Shown here piece by piece: positions 1 through 7,419 of a stretch of DNA of 38,431 bases. The notes beneath the pieces were generated by a model that was not told the DNA's origin, did no database searches, and worked only from the letters and a program-made list of their open reading frames with translations. Location of the stretch: the NCBI GenBank assembly GCA_046590875.1, contig JBKJTK010000238.1, forward strand, positions 1 to 38,431, given 5' to 3'. Both the position numbers and the translations under genes were made by a program. This stretch comes from Chiayiivirga sp. (GTDB lineage Bacteria; Pseudomonadota; Gammaproteobacteria; Xanthomonadales; Xanthomonadaceae). Positions within the stretch are counted from its first letter, which is position 1; each line of letters begins with the position of its first letter.

Positions 1-585
1 GCGGTCGCGATCCAGATGATCATCAACAAGGAACTGGGTCTGAATTTCTGCGAGAACCCCTGGCAGGGCAGCTTCATCGTCGACAAGCTCACCGACATCG
101 TCGAGGAAGCGGTCTACAAGGAATTCGAAGCGATCAGTGAGCGCGGCGGCGTGCTCGGCGCCATGGACACCATGTACCAGCGCGGAAAAATCCAGGAAGA
201 ATCGATGTACTACGAGCACAAGAAACACGATGGCAGCCTGCCGCTGGTCGGCGTCAATACCTTCTTGCCCCGCGAACACGGCGGCGACATCGTCACCGAG
301 ATCGAGTTGATCCGTTCCACCGAAGCCGAGAAGGGCCAGCAAATCGACAACGTGCTGCGCTACCAGCAACTCCGCAACACCGCTCATCTCCCTCCCCTTC
401 AAGGGGAGGGTAGGGGTGAGGATGGTGTTGCTCGCTCAGGATCAGGCCTCGCCTACCTCCAATCCACCGCCCGCAACCGCCAGAACGTTTTCGCCTCGCT
501 GATGGAAGCCGTAAAAACCCACAGCCTCGGCCAGATCAGCCACGCGCTCTACGACGTGGGCGGCGAATACCGGCGCAATATGTAG
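1..585 (+). CDS. icmF: 3' part of a fused isobutyryl-CoA mutase (IcmF) / methylmalonyl-CoA-mutase-family protein; partial, enters from the left edge
   Basis: Frame 1 is open from base 1. The translation NPWQGSFIVDKLTDIVEEAV...GVLGAMDTMYQRGKIQEESMYYEHKKHDGSLPLVGVNTF...VGGEYRRNM* matches the substrate-barrel C-terminus of MCM-family mutases. Ending right after the barrel, with no C-terminal B12 domain, is the IcmF layout. TAG at 583-585. Confidence 0.8.
   Translation, partial: AVAIQMIINKELGLNFCENPWQGSFIVDKLTDIVEEAVYKEFEAISERGGVLGAMDTMYQRGKIQEESMYYEHKKHDGSLPLVGVNTFLPREHGGDIVTEIELIRSTEAEKGQQIDNVLRYQQLRNTAHLPPLQGEGRGEDGVARSGSGLAYLQSTARNRQNVFASLMEAVKTHSLGQISHALYDVGGEYRRNM
388..427 (+). repeat. REP-like hairpin unit (ccctcccc-ttcaa-ggggaggg plus tail ggggtgaggatggtg) lying in frame inside icmF
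   Basis: ctccctccccttcaaggggagggtaggggtgaggatggtg matches 37 of 40 nt of the copy at 35172-35211. It is also the reverse complement of 35086-35125. It encodes LPPLQGEGRGEDG. Confidence 0.8.
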
Positions 586-597
586 CCGGCCCCGACA

Positions 598-1119
598 ATG
601 GCCTTCAACGTCCGCGAGATATTCGGTGCCCTCAACGGCGCAGAGGTGGATTACGTCGTCGTCGGCGGGCTCGCCGTCATCCTGCACGGCTACCTGCGAG
701 CAACCGCCGATCTTGATCTGGCCCTTGGCTTGTCGCCCGAAAACGCCCGGCGCGGCATGGTCGCGCTAGCATCCATCGGGCTGCGGCCAAGGTTGCCGGT
801 GGCACTGGAAGACTTCGCCGACGCTGACAGGCGCGCGGAGTGGATCAATACACGCAACATGCTCGTGTTCCCATTGTGGGACCCGGCCAATCCGTTGCGG
901 TCGGTTGATGTTTTCATGAACGAACCCATTGCCTTTAGCCGCCTGCTGGAAAATGCGGTCATCAAGGACCTGGGTGAATTGCCGGTGCCGGTGGCTTCCA
1001 TTGACCATCTGATAGAGATGAAGCGACTGGCCGGGCGGCCACGCGATCTGGAGGACATTGATAAGCTGCAGCAGATTCGTGATGCGAAACAGGCCGATAC
1101 CGATGACAGCCAATCTTGA
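598..1119 (+). CDS. Minimal nucleotidyltransferase-fold protein (AbiEii/DUF1814-like, pol-beta NTase superfamily), 173 aa
   Basis: ATG lies 12 nt after the icmF stop. NTase signature VVGGLAVILHGYLRATADLDLAL, a third acidic motif SVDVF, and a C-terminal IEMKRLAGRPRDLEDIDKL helix typical of AbiEii-type NTases. High GC3. Confidence 0.75.
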   Translation: MAFNVREIFGALNGAEVDYVVVGGLAVILHGYLRATADLDLALGLSPENARRGMVALASIGLRPRLPVALEDFADADRRAEWINTRNMLVFPLWDPANPLRSVDVFMNEPIAFSRLLENAVIKDLGELPVPVASIDHLIEMKRLAGRPRDLEDIDKLQQIRDAKQADTDDSQS

Positions 1120-1315
1120 ACAGGTGCCAAGCTGCACCTTTGAGGACGCCGAGCGCGAGCACCTTCGCGCGTGGATGGGACTCAGCACAGCAGCAAAAAT
1201 CGATTTCTTCGAGGAAATGATAGAGCTGGCCTACCAGAGCGGCGCCTTGTCGCCCGAGCGCTTGGCGTTGCGAGCGCGCGTGCCCAACGAACCACCAACG
1301 CCTCGGTCTAGTTGA
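1103..1315 (+). CDS. Small hypothetical protein (70 aa), putative partner of the upstream NTase
   Basis: ATG at 1103 overlaps the NTase 3' end by 17 nt. The frame is GC3-rich. Weak colinear similarity to the ORF after the second NTase (IDFFEEMIEL...PER vs IDLMEVVEAL...PER). No strong RBS. Confidence 0.5.
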   Translation: MTANLEQVPSCTFEDAEREHLRAWMGLSTAAKIDFFEEMIELAYQSGALSPERLALRARVPNEPPTPRSS

Positions 1316-1413
1316 TCATCGACATTCTGATGGAAGCGGTGAAGGCGCATTTGCGGGGGCAGACCAGCCATGCCCTCCATGACGTCGGCGGCGAATACCG
1401 CCGCAACAAGTGA
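1312..1413 (+). pseudogene. Ghost of an icmF allele: junction codons (L)IID fused in frame to the last 29 codons of icmF
   Basis: 1313-1324 tgatcatcgaca matches icmF 17-28 with 1 mismatch. 1327-1413 aligns ungapped with 499-585, about 64/87 nt by hand count. Translation ILMEAVKAHLRGQTSHALHDVGGEYRRNK* compares with SLMEAVKTHSLGQISHALYDVGGEYRRNM*. Confidence 0.75.
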
Positions 1414-1943
1414 CGATGTCACGCCTCGCCGATCAGATCCGCGAGGCCGTCGCGGCCTTCGCCGAACTCGCGTTGCCGCACGCGCTCATCGGGGGTCTCG
1501 CACTCGCCGCGCACAAGGTGGTGCGCGCGACGCGCGACGTCGACTTCCTGGTCGATGCCCACGACGCTGACCGCGTACACGATATGGTGATCCGGCTCGG
1601 CTACCGCTGCGTGCACCGCAGCCCCGACGCGGCGAACTACCTGCGCGGCGACGAAGGCCTGGATTTTCTCTACGCACATCGCCCCGAAGCCCGCCGCCTC
1701 TTGCTCGAAGCCGACCATCGCGACAGCGCGCTAGGCCGCCTGCGCGTGGTCAGCGCCGAAGGCCTGATCGGCTTCAAGTTGCAGGGCTATGTGAACGATC
1801 CGCGTCGCGTCCAGGACCTGGAAGACATCCGCAACCTGCTGCGCGTGAATGCCGATCAGCTCGACATGCAAGAGATCCGCCGCTACTTTGCGATCTTCGA
1901 CCGCGAATCCCTGCTCGATGACCTCCTCACCGACCGACGCTGA
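1410..1943 (+). CDS. Second minimal nucleotidyltransferase-fold protein (AbiEii/DUF1814-like), about 175 aa
   Basis: GTG at 1410 overlaps the ghost icmF TGA; the first ATG is at 1416. Signature LIGGLALAAHKVVRATRDVDFLV, GLDFLY, and C-terminal GFKLQGYVNDPRRVQDLEDIRNL. Only distantly related to the 598-1119 protein. Confidence 0.7.
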   Translation: MTMSRLADQIREAVAAFAELALPHALIGGLALAAHKVVRATRDVDFLVDAHDADRVHDMVIRLGYRCVHRSPDAANYLRGDEGLDFLYAHRPEARRLLLEADHRDSALGRLRVVSAEGLIGFKLQGYVNDPRRVQDLEDIRNLLRVNADQLDMQEIRRYFAIFDRESLLDDLLTDRR

Positions 1944-1980
1944 CAACGGTGCACCGCCGACCGAAGCCCCGCTCACCGTC

Positions 1981-2118
1981 GTGGCCGGCTGGCACTCCGT
2001 GCTGCCCGTGCCCCAGTACCCAATAGAGGCCTGGATCGACTTGATGGAAGTGGTGGAGGCGTTGTGTCCGGTGTGGCCGGAGCGTGATGGTGCGGGGCAG
2101 TGCGATTATCGGTTGTGA
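1981..2118 (+). CDS. Possible small partner ORF of the second NTase (start uncertain; may be decayed)
   Basis: This frame stays open through the NTase stop. GTG at 1981 gives MAGWHSVLPVPQYPIEAWIDLMEVVEALCPVWPER..., which is colinear with the 1103-1315 product. The only ATG (1849) would give a 95-nt overlap with a junk-like N-terminus. Confidence 0.3.
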   Translation: MAGWHSVLPVPQYPIEAWIDLMEVVEALCPVWPERDGAGQCDYRL

Positions 2119-2197
2119 GAGCACGGGGCAACTCGCGCTGAGGCACCCCACTTTCTCCGGCCTTACCCAGGCTTCAACGCCTGACTTCTTTGAGATA

Positions 2198-2677
2198 TCA
2201 GCCCTTCCGCGCCGCCTCGATCGCGCCGATATCGATCTTCCGCATTTCCATCATGGCGTCGAACGCACGCTTGGCCGCCGCGCGGTCGGGATCGGTAATT
2301 GCCGCGGTCAGCGCGCGTGGCGTGATCTGCCACGACAGCCCCCACTTGTCCTTGCACCAGCCGCATGCGCTTTCCTCGCCGCCGTTGTCGACGATCGCGT
2401 TCCACAAGCGGTCCGTTTCGGCCTGGTCATCGGTCGCGACCTGGAACGAGAACGCCTCGGAGTGCGCGAAAGCCGGCCCACCGTTGAGGCCGAAACAGGG
2501 GATGCCGAGCACGGTGAATTCGACGGTCAGGATGTCGCCCTGCTTGCCGTCTGGGAAGTCGCTTGGTGCGCGAAACACCGCACCCACCTCGCTATCCGGA
2601 AACGTCTTGGCGTAAAACGCCGCGGCATCGAGCGCGGTGCCGTCAAACCAAAGGCATAGCGTATTCTTGCTGACCAT
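2198..2677 (-). CDS. VOC-superfamily protein, PhnB-like / 3-demethylubiquinone-9 3-methyltransferase-domain family (159 aa)
   Basis: MVSKNTLCLWFDGTALDAAAFYAKTFPDSEVG...LTVEFTVLGIPCFGLNGGP...CGWCKDKWGLSWQI are family hallmarks. AGGAGA lies 7 nt upstream of the ATG at 2677. The longer 299-aa ORF extension is R/P-rich junk. Confidence 0.85.
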   Translation of the reverse strand: MVSKNTLCLWFDGTALDAAAFYAKTFPDSEVGAVFRAPSDFPDGKQGDILTVEFTVLGIPCFGLNGGPAFAHSEAFSFQVATDDQAETDRLWNAIVDNGGEESACGWCKDKWGLSWQITPRALTAAITDPDRAAAKRAFDAMMEMRKIDIGAIEAARKG

Positions 2678-2787
2678 ATCGCTTCTCCTGGATAAGGTGG
2701 ATCGGTTCATGCCCGCAGCAAACGCGGGTGCAACGCGCCTTATTCCATGGCACGGGAAATAGGCGCGCAATGGCCGAAGGACAAGTC

Positions 2788-3456
2788 TCAATCCCGATCG
2801 GGCGCCCCCAATGGAAAATACGCGCGATACGGCCGCGCCTCGTCCACGCAATGTTTGAACGAAGGCCGCGCCAGCAGCCGTTCGCGATACGCGCGGACAT
2901 GGGCGAAGCGCGCATCGATCGGGTGCGTCCAGTCGGCGTAGAACAGGAAGGGTGCGGCGGCGCAGTCGGCGAGGGTGAAGGTCGGACCGACCGCCCATTC
3001 GCGCGTGGTCATGCGTGCGTCCAGCCAGACGTAAGCGGTCTCGAGCATGCCGCGGGCTTGGCGGACACCGTGGGGATCGCGGTCGGCTTCGGGGCACATG
3101 CGATCAAACACCACCTTTTGTTGTGGCGTGGAAACGTAGTTGTCGAAGAAGCGGTCCAGCATCCGCACCTCGAGCGCGACGTCGCGATCCTCAGGGATCA
3201 GCTTCACCGGACCGGGATAGTGCAGGTCCAGGTATTCGATGACGCAGGTCGCTTCGATCACCGTGCGGTCGCCGTCGACCAGCACCGGAAAACGCCGCAT
3301 CGGCCACAATGCCGTTAGTTCGGCATTGGCTTGCGCGTCCTCCAGGTTGCGGTAGTCGAACGGCGTCTGGTTTTCGTACAACGCAATCAGCGCTTTCTGG
3401 CTGTAGGATGAGAATGGATGGGCGTACAGGCGCAAACGGGGGGTGGGTATGTGCAT
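2788..3456 (-). CDS. Glutathione S-transferase family protein (222 aa)
   Basis: The N-terminal thioredoxin-like part is LYAHPFSSYSQKALIALYENQTPFDYRNL...FPVLVDGDRTVIEATCVIEYL, followed by a helical C-terminal domain. Start chosen at MHIPTPRL. Confidence 0.85.
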   Translation of the reverse strand: MHIPTPRLRLYAHPFSSYSQKALIALYENQTPFDYRNLEDAQANAELTALWPMRRFPVLVDGDRTVIEATCVIEYLDLHYPGPVKLIPEDRDVALEVRMLDRFFDNYVSTPQQKVVFDRMCPEADRDPHGVRQARGMLETAYVWLDARMTTREWAVGPTFTLADCAAAPFLFYADWTHPIDARFAHVRAYRERLLARPSFKHCVDEARPYRAYFPLGAPDRD

Positions 3457-3487
3457 TTTCCGGCGGTAGGAAGATACGACTGACAGG

Positions 3488-3555
3488 ATGATCATCGACA
3501 AGGAACTCGGCTTCAACTACTGCGAAAACCCGGGCAGAGCAGTTTCATCGCCGGC
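3488..3555 (+). pseudogene. Ghost fragment of an icmF allele (internal piece, frameshifted and truncated)
   Basis: atgatcatcgacaaggaactcggcttcaactactgcgaaaaccc-gggcagagcagtttcatcgcc aligns with icmF 16-81 (MIIDKELGFNYCENP vs MIINKELGLNFCENP). It has a 1-nt deletion. No similarity exists left of 3486. Confidence 0.75.
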
Positions 3556-3603
3556 ATGCTGCCTTCGTTCTCGCACGGATCATCGCTATTTAAGCATCTC
3601 AAC

Positions 3604-4152
3604 ATGGCCACCATTCGCAGTCCCCTGCAGGAACAACTACTGAAAGCCGGTTTGGCGAAGAAGTCCAAGCTCGATCAGGTGGCGCGCGAACAGGCCAAGC
3701 AACGCAATGCCAAGTCCGCGCCGGCGCCCAGCACTGACCACGGCGACGCCGAGCGCGTGCGGTTGGAAAAGGTGGAACGCGACCGTGCGCTATCGTCCGA
3801 ACGCAATACGCATGCGCGCGCCCTGGAACTGCGCGCCCAGGTGCGGCAGATCGTCGAGCTGAACAAGCTGAAGCCCGACGGCGAAATCGATTACCGCTTC
3901 ACCCACGGCGGTGTGATCCACAGCGTGCTGGTCACCGATGGCGTGCGCCGGCAGTTGGCCAGCGGCAGCCTGGTCATTGCGCGTCACGACTCCAGCTACG
4001 CGATCATCCCGCGCGCGGCCGCCGAGAAAGTTGAAGCGCGCGATGCCTCAATGATCGCGCTCGACCACCGGCGCACGCCGCCGCCGGCGTCGGATGCCTC
4101 CGACGACGACTACTACCGCCAGTTCAAGGTGCCGGATGATCTGGTCTGGTAG
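3604..4152 (+). CDS. DUF2058 (YaiL-like) protein, 182 aa
   Basis: The N-terminus MATIRSPLQEQLLKAGLAKKSKLDQ, a charged K/R/E-rich middle and the acidic tail DDDYYRQFKVPDDLVW are typical of DUF2058/YaiL. Confidence 0.8.
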   Translation: MATIRSPLQEQLLKAGLAKKSKLDQVAREQAKQRNAKSAPAPSTDHGDAERVRLEKVERDRALSSERNTHARALELRAQVRQIVELNKLKPDGEIDYRFTHGGVIHSVLVTDGVRRQLASGSLVIARHDSSYAIIPRAAAEKVEARDASMIALDHRRTPPPASDASDDDYYRQFKVPDDLVW

Positions 4153-4173
4153 GACACGTTGCGGGGCGGCAGC

Positions 4174-5148
4174 ATGATCGTCCCCGAATACTGGGCGGAA
4201 GGACGGGCGCAGCATCGCGCGCCGAACAAGCAGGTCACGATTCACCGCTTCGGTTGGTCGGACACGAGCCAGGTGGACGCGCAATTCATGGCCGACGCGC
4301 GTGTCGCCGAGGCCCTGGCGCGGTTTCTGGCCGGCGAGGACATCAGACGACGCGATCACAAGCTTGCCTACAACGGCGCCGAAGGCTTGCCTATCCGCGA
4401 GGAGGTGCTGGAACGCCATGGCACCGCTGTGATCACGCGCAATATTTACGGCGCGCGCTGCCTCAATGTGCCGGAGGTGCTGTTCGCGGATGTCGATTTT
4501 TCGATCCGGAAGCCGGTGCTCCCTGCCGCCGTCAGGGTCACATTGGTGGTCGCCGCGATCTGCGCGGGTGGCTATTGGTACGACTGGACGGTGGCGGTGC
4601 TGATGGGCGTCGTCGTCGGGCTCGCCGGCCATGCGTTATCGAAGTTCTTGACCGCTGCACGAGAACGAACAGCGGGTGCACCCGAGCCACGGGCGCGCGC
4701 GAAGGTTGATCGCTTCATGGCGTCGCATCCGGACTGGCGCGTGAGGATGTATCGCACGCCGGCCGGTCTTCGATTGCTGGCGTTGCACCGCTTGTTCGAT
4801 CCGACCGAAGCCGCTGTGAGGGAGTTCTTCGAGGCGATCGGTGCCGACAAGGTCTACGCCCGCATGTGCGAGAACCAGCATTGCTTTCGTGCGCGGCTTA
4901 GCGGCAAGCCCTGGCGTGTCGGCATGACCGCACATCTGGCGCCACGCCCGGGCGTGTGGCCGATCAAACCCGAGCACCTGCCTCGCCGCGAGCAGTGGAT
5001 AGCCGAGTACGAGCGCCGCGCAGCGGGGTACTCCGCGTGTCGTTACGTTGCGACATTCGGCATTGGCGCGGTGAACGCTGAAGCGGACCGCATCCGGGAA
5101 CTGCACGATGAAATGACGCGCGCTACACAGGCATTGCCGATGGCTTGA
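4174..5148 (+). CDS. Hypothetical membrane protein: two soluble domains split by a predicted two-helix hairpin (324 aa)
   Basis: ATG at 4174; the ORF-track start at 4159 is TTG. Hydrophobic stretch AAVRVTLVVAAICAGGYWYDWTVAVLMGVVVGLAGHAL. GC3-rich along its whole length. I recognise no family. It starts 21 nt after the DUF2058 gene. Confidence 0.65.
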   Translation: MIVPEYWAEGRAQHRAPNKQVTIHRFGWSDTSQVDAQFMADARVAEALARFLAGEDIRRRDHKLAYNGAEGLPIREEVLERHGTAVITRNIYGARCLNVPEVLFADVDFSIRKPVLPAAVRVTLVVAAICAGGYWYDWTVAVLMGVVVGLAGHALSKFLTAARERTAGAPEPRARAKVDRFMASHPDWRVRMYRTPAGLRLLALHRLFDPTEAAVREFFEAIGADKVYARMCENQHCFRARLSGKPWRVGMTAHLAPRPGVWPIKPEHLPRREQWIAEYERRAAGYSACRYVATFGIGAVNAEADRIRELHDEMTRATQALPMA

Positions 5149-5340
5149 TGCTCGCGGACGTGAAGAAATGTCCGACTTTCGTGTCACCGCCAATCAGAAG
5201 CTCCGTTCCGGCGCATACGACACGCGATGCGACGGATTTCACTCTTGCGCTGGCGGGCGGGCGACCGGCCTACTCGAAGGGTGCGCGGTTGAGTCCTTTG
5301 TGGCCGCTTCGGATGCATTCCTTCTACTGACTAGACAACC

Positions 5341-5766
5341 ATGAATCCCAACACTCCGATGCTCGCGCCCGTGATCGCCCTGGTCCTGTGGTCGGCGCTG
5401 ATCTGGGCCTGGATGTATGCCACGCGCATTCCGGCGATTGTGAAAGCGCGGATGAGGCTCGATCCGATGGCGCCGAACGGTGTGCAGATGAGCACGCTGC
5501 CGGCGGTCGTGCGCTGGAAGGCCGACAACTACAACCATCTGATGGAGCAGCCGACGCTGTTTTACGCGGTCGCGCTGAGCCTGGCGACGCTGGGTGACGC
5601 GTCGTTGGCGAGCGTGTGGCTGGCTTGGGCCTACGTCGCGTCGCGTGTGGTGCACTCGCTGGTACAGGTGCTGGTGAACATCATCACCCTGCGCTTTGCC
5701 GTGTTTTCGGTTTCATCGCTGATCTTGTTCGCGCTCGCGGGCCGAGCCGCACTTCGGGTGTTCTGA
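5341..5766 (+). CDS. MAPEG-family membrane protein (141 aa)
   Basis: Four hydrophobic segments, and RWKADNYNHLMEQPTLFYAVAL resembles the MAPEG core motif. Confidence 0.8.
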   Translation: MNPNTPMLAPVIALVLWSALIWAWMYATRIPAIVKARMRLDPMAPNGVQMSTLPAVVRWKADNYNHLMEQPTLFYAVALSLATLGDASLASVWLAWAYVASRVVHSLVQVLVNIITLRFAVFSVSSLILFALAGRAALRVF

Positions 5767-6154
5767 GGTCCCAGGTTCAGGCGACTCTGCATTATCGTCC
5801 GAGAAGCGGAGATTCCGCTCCTCTATCTGGACCAGCGCCTCGTTCGCTCCAAAAACTGGAACGCGCCTTCCAGTCTTGTACATCGAAAACGAGCCCGAGA
5901 ACGCGCGAATCAATTCCTGGGCACAGTGGCTGTTGCCGCTGCTGCTCGCTGGCTTCGGTATTGCACTCGCCTTGGGGTGGACCACTGGCCTGCGCGAGCG
6001 GCGCTTCGGGTTTCGCTGGAACAACGATTGAAAGAACGGCGCTGTGGTGCCGGCCCAACGGCACGCCGGAAAACAAGCAGAAGTACCGACGCGTCGAGGT
6101 GATCGTTCGAACGCGCTGATGCGGTCGCGCCAGCGCAAGTGGCATGCTTGCGCG

Positions 6155-6270
6155 CCCTTCGATACCTCAGGGCGAACGGACTTTCGCTCTGAACCACCAG
6201 CACTCCCAATTCCGTTCGCCCTGATACTTCGACAGGCTCAGTATAGAGTCGCCTGCGGCGATCGAAGGGC
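6155..6270. repeat. MITE/REP-like element with nested inverted repeats
   Basis: Outer arms are cccttcgat (6155-6163) and atcgaaggg (6262-6270). Inner arms are cagggcgaacgg (6168-6179) and ccgttcgccctg (6212-6223). Related copies lie at 10091-10201 and 23732-23747. It shares cttcgacaggctca (6227-6240) with 24811-24824. Confidence 0.6.
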
Positions 6271-6288
6271 CAGCGACCACGAGCCCTA

Positions 6289-7419
6289 TTACTTCGCCGG
6301 CAAGAACGCCTTGTTTACGCAGCGCTGATAGCGCTCCTGCACCTTGGTGGCAAACCACTCGGTGGTGAGCTTGCGGGTGATCTTCGGACTTTCCAGGGTG
6401 ATGCGCGGCATCACGGCGCGTGGAAGGGTTTTTCCCGCCATCCGCTCGGCCAGGGCGAAGACGCGCTCGTACAATTCGGATTGTTCGAAATCGAAGCGGT
6501 CGCCCTGTTCGAGTACGCGGCGAATCGCGGCGTCGCTGAGGCCGAGTTGCGTGCGCAGCGAACGCACCGCGGCCTCGGTGGCGCCGGACTTGCGATCGCG
6601 TCGACCGCTATCGTGCAGGATCAAGTCGCCGTCGAGTGCGAGCGGCACGCCTGAGGCCACCGTCACCGCCGCTTGAAATGCGGCGTTGCGGCTCGCGTAC
6701 CAGCCGGCGTTGAAGTCGGCATAGCGATACAGGTGGCGCTGGTATGAATTCTCGTAGCCCAGCAGGTGCGCGATGCCGAAGTACATGCCGCCGCGCCGGG
6801 TGAAGACCTCGTGGCGAATCGAATCGGCGCTGGCGTAGGGGTAGCCGATCTCGTCGGCATGCCGTTCGGAAAACGCGATGCTGACCTGCATTGGTCCACC
6901 GGTGCGCACCGGATTGGCGTCGCCGAACAAGCGCTGTCCCAGTGGCACCTTACCGATGAAGTCCTCGAACAGGCGGCTCAGTTCTTTTTCGCTGCGCACC
7001 GCGGCGATGCGCTGGCCGTAGGATTTGCCATTGGGAGAAGACAGGCTCAATGCCGCACGTACCAGGACCTGCGGGATACGCAGGTGTGCCGCGCGACGGT
7101 CGATTTCGCCGCGCGCGATCTTCGCGAGATTCGGCACCACCGGATCGGCGCTGTATGTGGATTCCTGCTCGGTCACCGCCAGCGCGGCGCAGAGGTTCTC
7201 GGTGCTGGGCGGGATATCCAGCAGTTGGAACGCGGACTGGATGTCCGTGGCCCAGCCTTCGCGATCCGCAAGATTCGACGGCAATAGCTGCACCAGCTGC
7301 GTACGTACCTCGACGGGCGAACGCGGTGGCGCTATGGAGCGCGGCGGCGTGGCACAGCCGCCCAGCAGCAGCAGCGCGACGCACGCCAGCGGCGCGCCGG
7401 CGCGGCCGCCAATCCTCAT
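6289..7419 (-). CDS. DUF1615 domain-containing lipoprotein (376 aa)
   Basis: Signal peptide with lipobox LLLLGGC. Conserved stretches VTEQESTYSADPVVPNLAKIA, GPMQVS and ADFNAGWYASRNAAFQ are typical of DUF1615. Confidence 0.85.
   Translation of the reverse strand: MRIGGRAGAPLACVALLLLGGCATPPRSIAPPRSPVEVRTQLVQLLPSNLADREGWATDIQSAFQLLDIPPSTENLCAALAVTEQESTYSADPVVPNLAKIARGEIDRRAAHLRIPQVLVRAALSLSSPNGKSYGQRIAAVRSEKELSRLFEDFIGKVPLGQRLFGDANPVRTGGPMQVSIAFSERHADEIGYPYASADSIRHEVFTRRGGMYFGIAHLLGYENSYQRHLYRYADFNAGWYASRNAAFQAAVTVASGVPLALDGDLILHDSGRRDRKSGATEAAVRSLRTQLGLSDAAIRRVLEQGDRFDFEQSELYERVFALAERMAGKTLPRAVMPRITLESPKITRKLTTEWFATKVQERYQRCVNKAFLPAK

Noticed and set aside
1849-2118. ATG at 1849 as the start of the second small partner ORF (89 aa).
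   Set aside because: It would overlap the NTase gene by 95 nt, and the overlapping part (MPISSTCKRSAATLRSSTANPCSMTSS) looks like out-of-frame junk. A GTG at 1981, or gene decay, is more likely.
5616-6119. 167-aa ORF bridging the MAPEG gene end and the gene-poor gap.
   Set aside because: It overlaps the MAPEG CDS out of frame and its composition is junk-like. Only its last 20 or so codons look meaningful (the OmpA-like tail), and I report that separately as a possible remnant.
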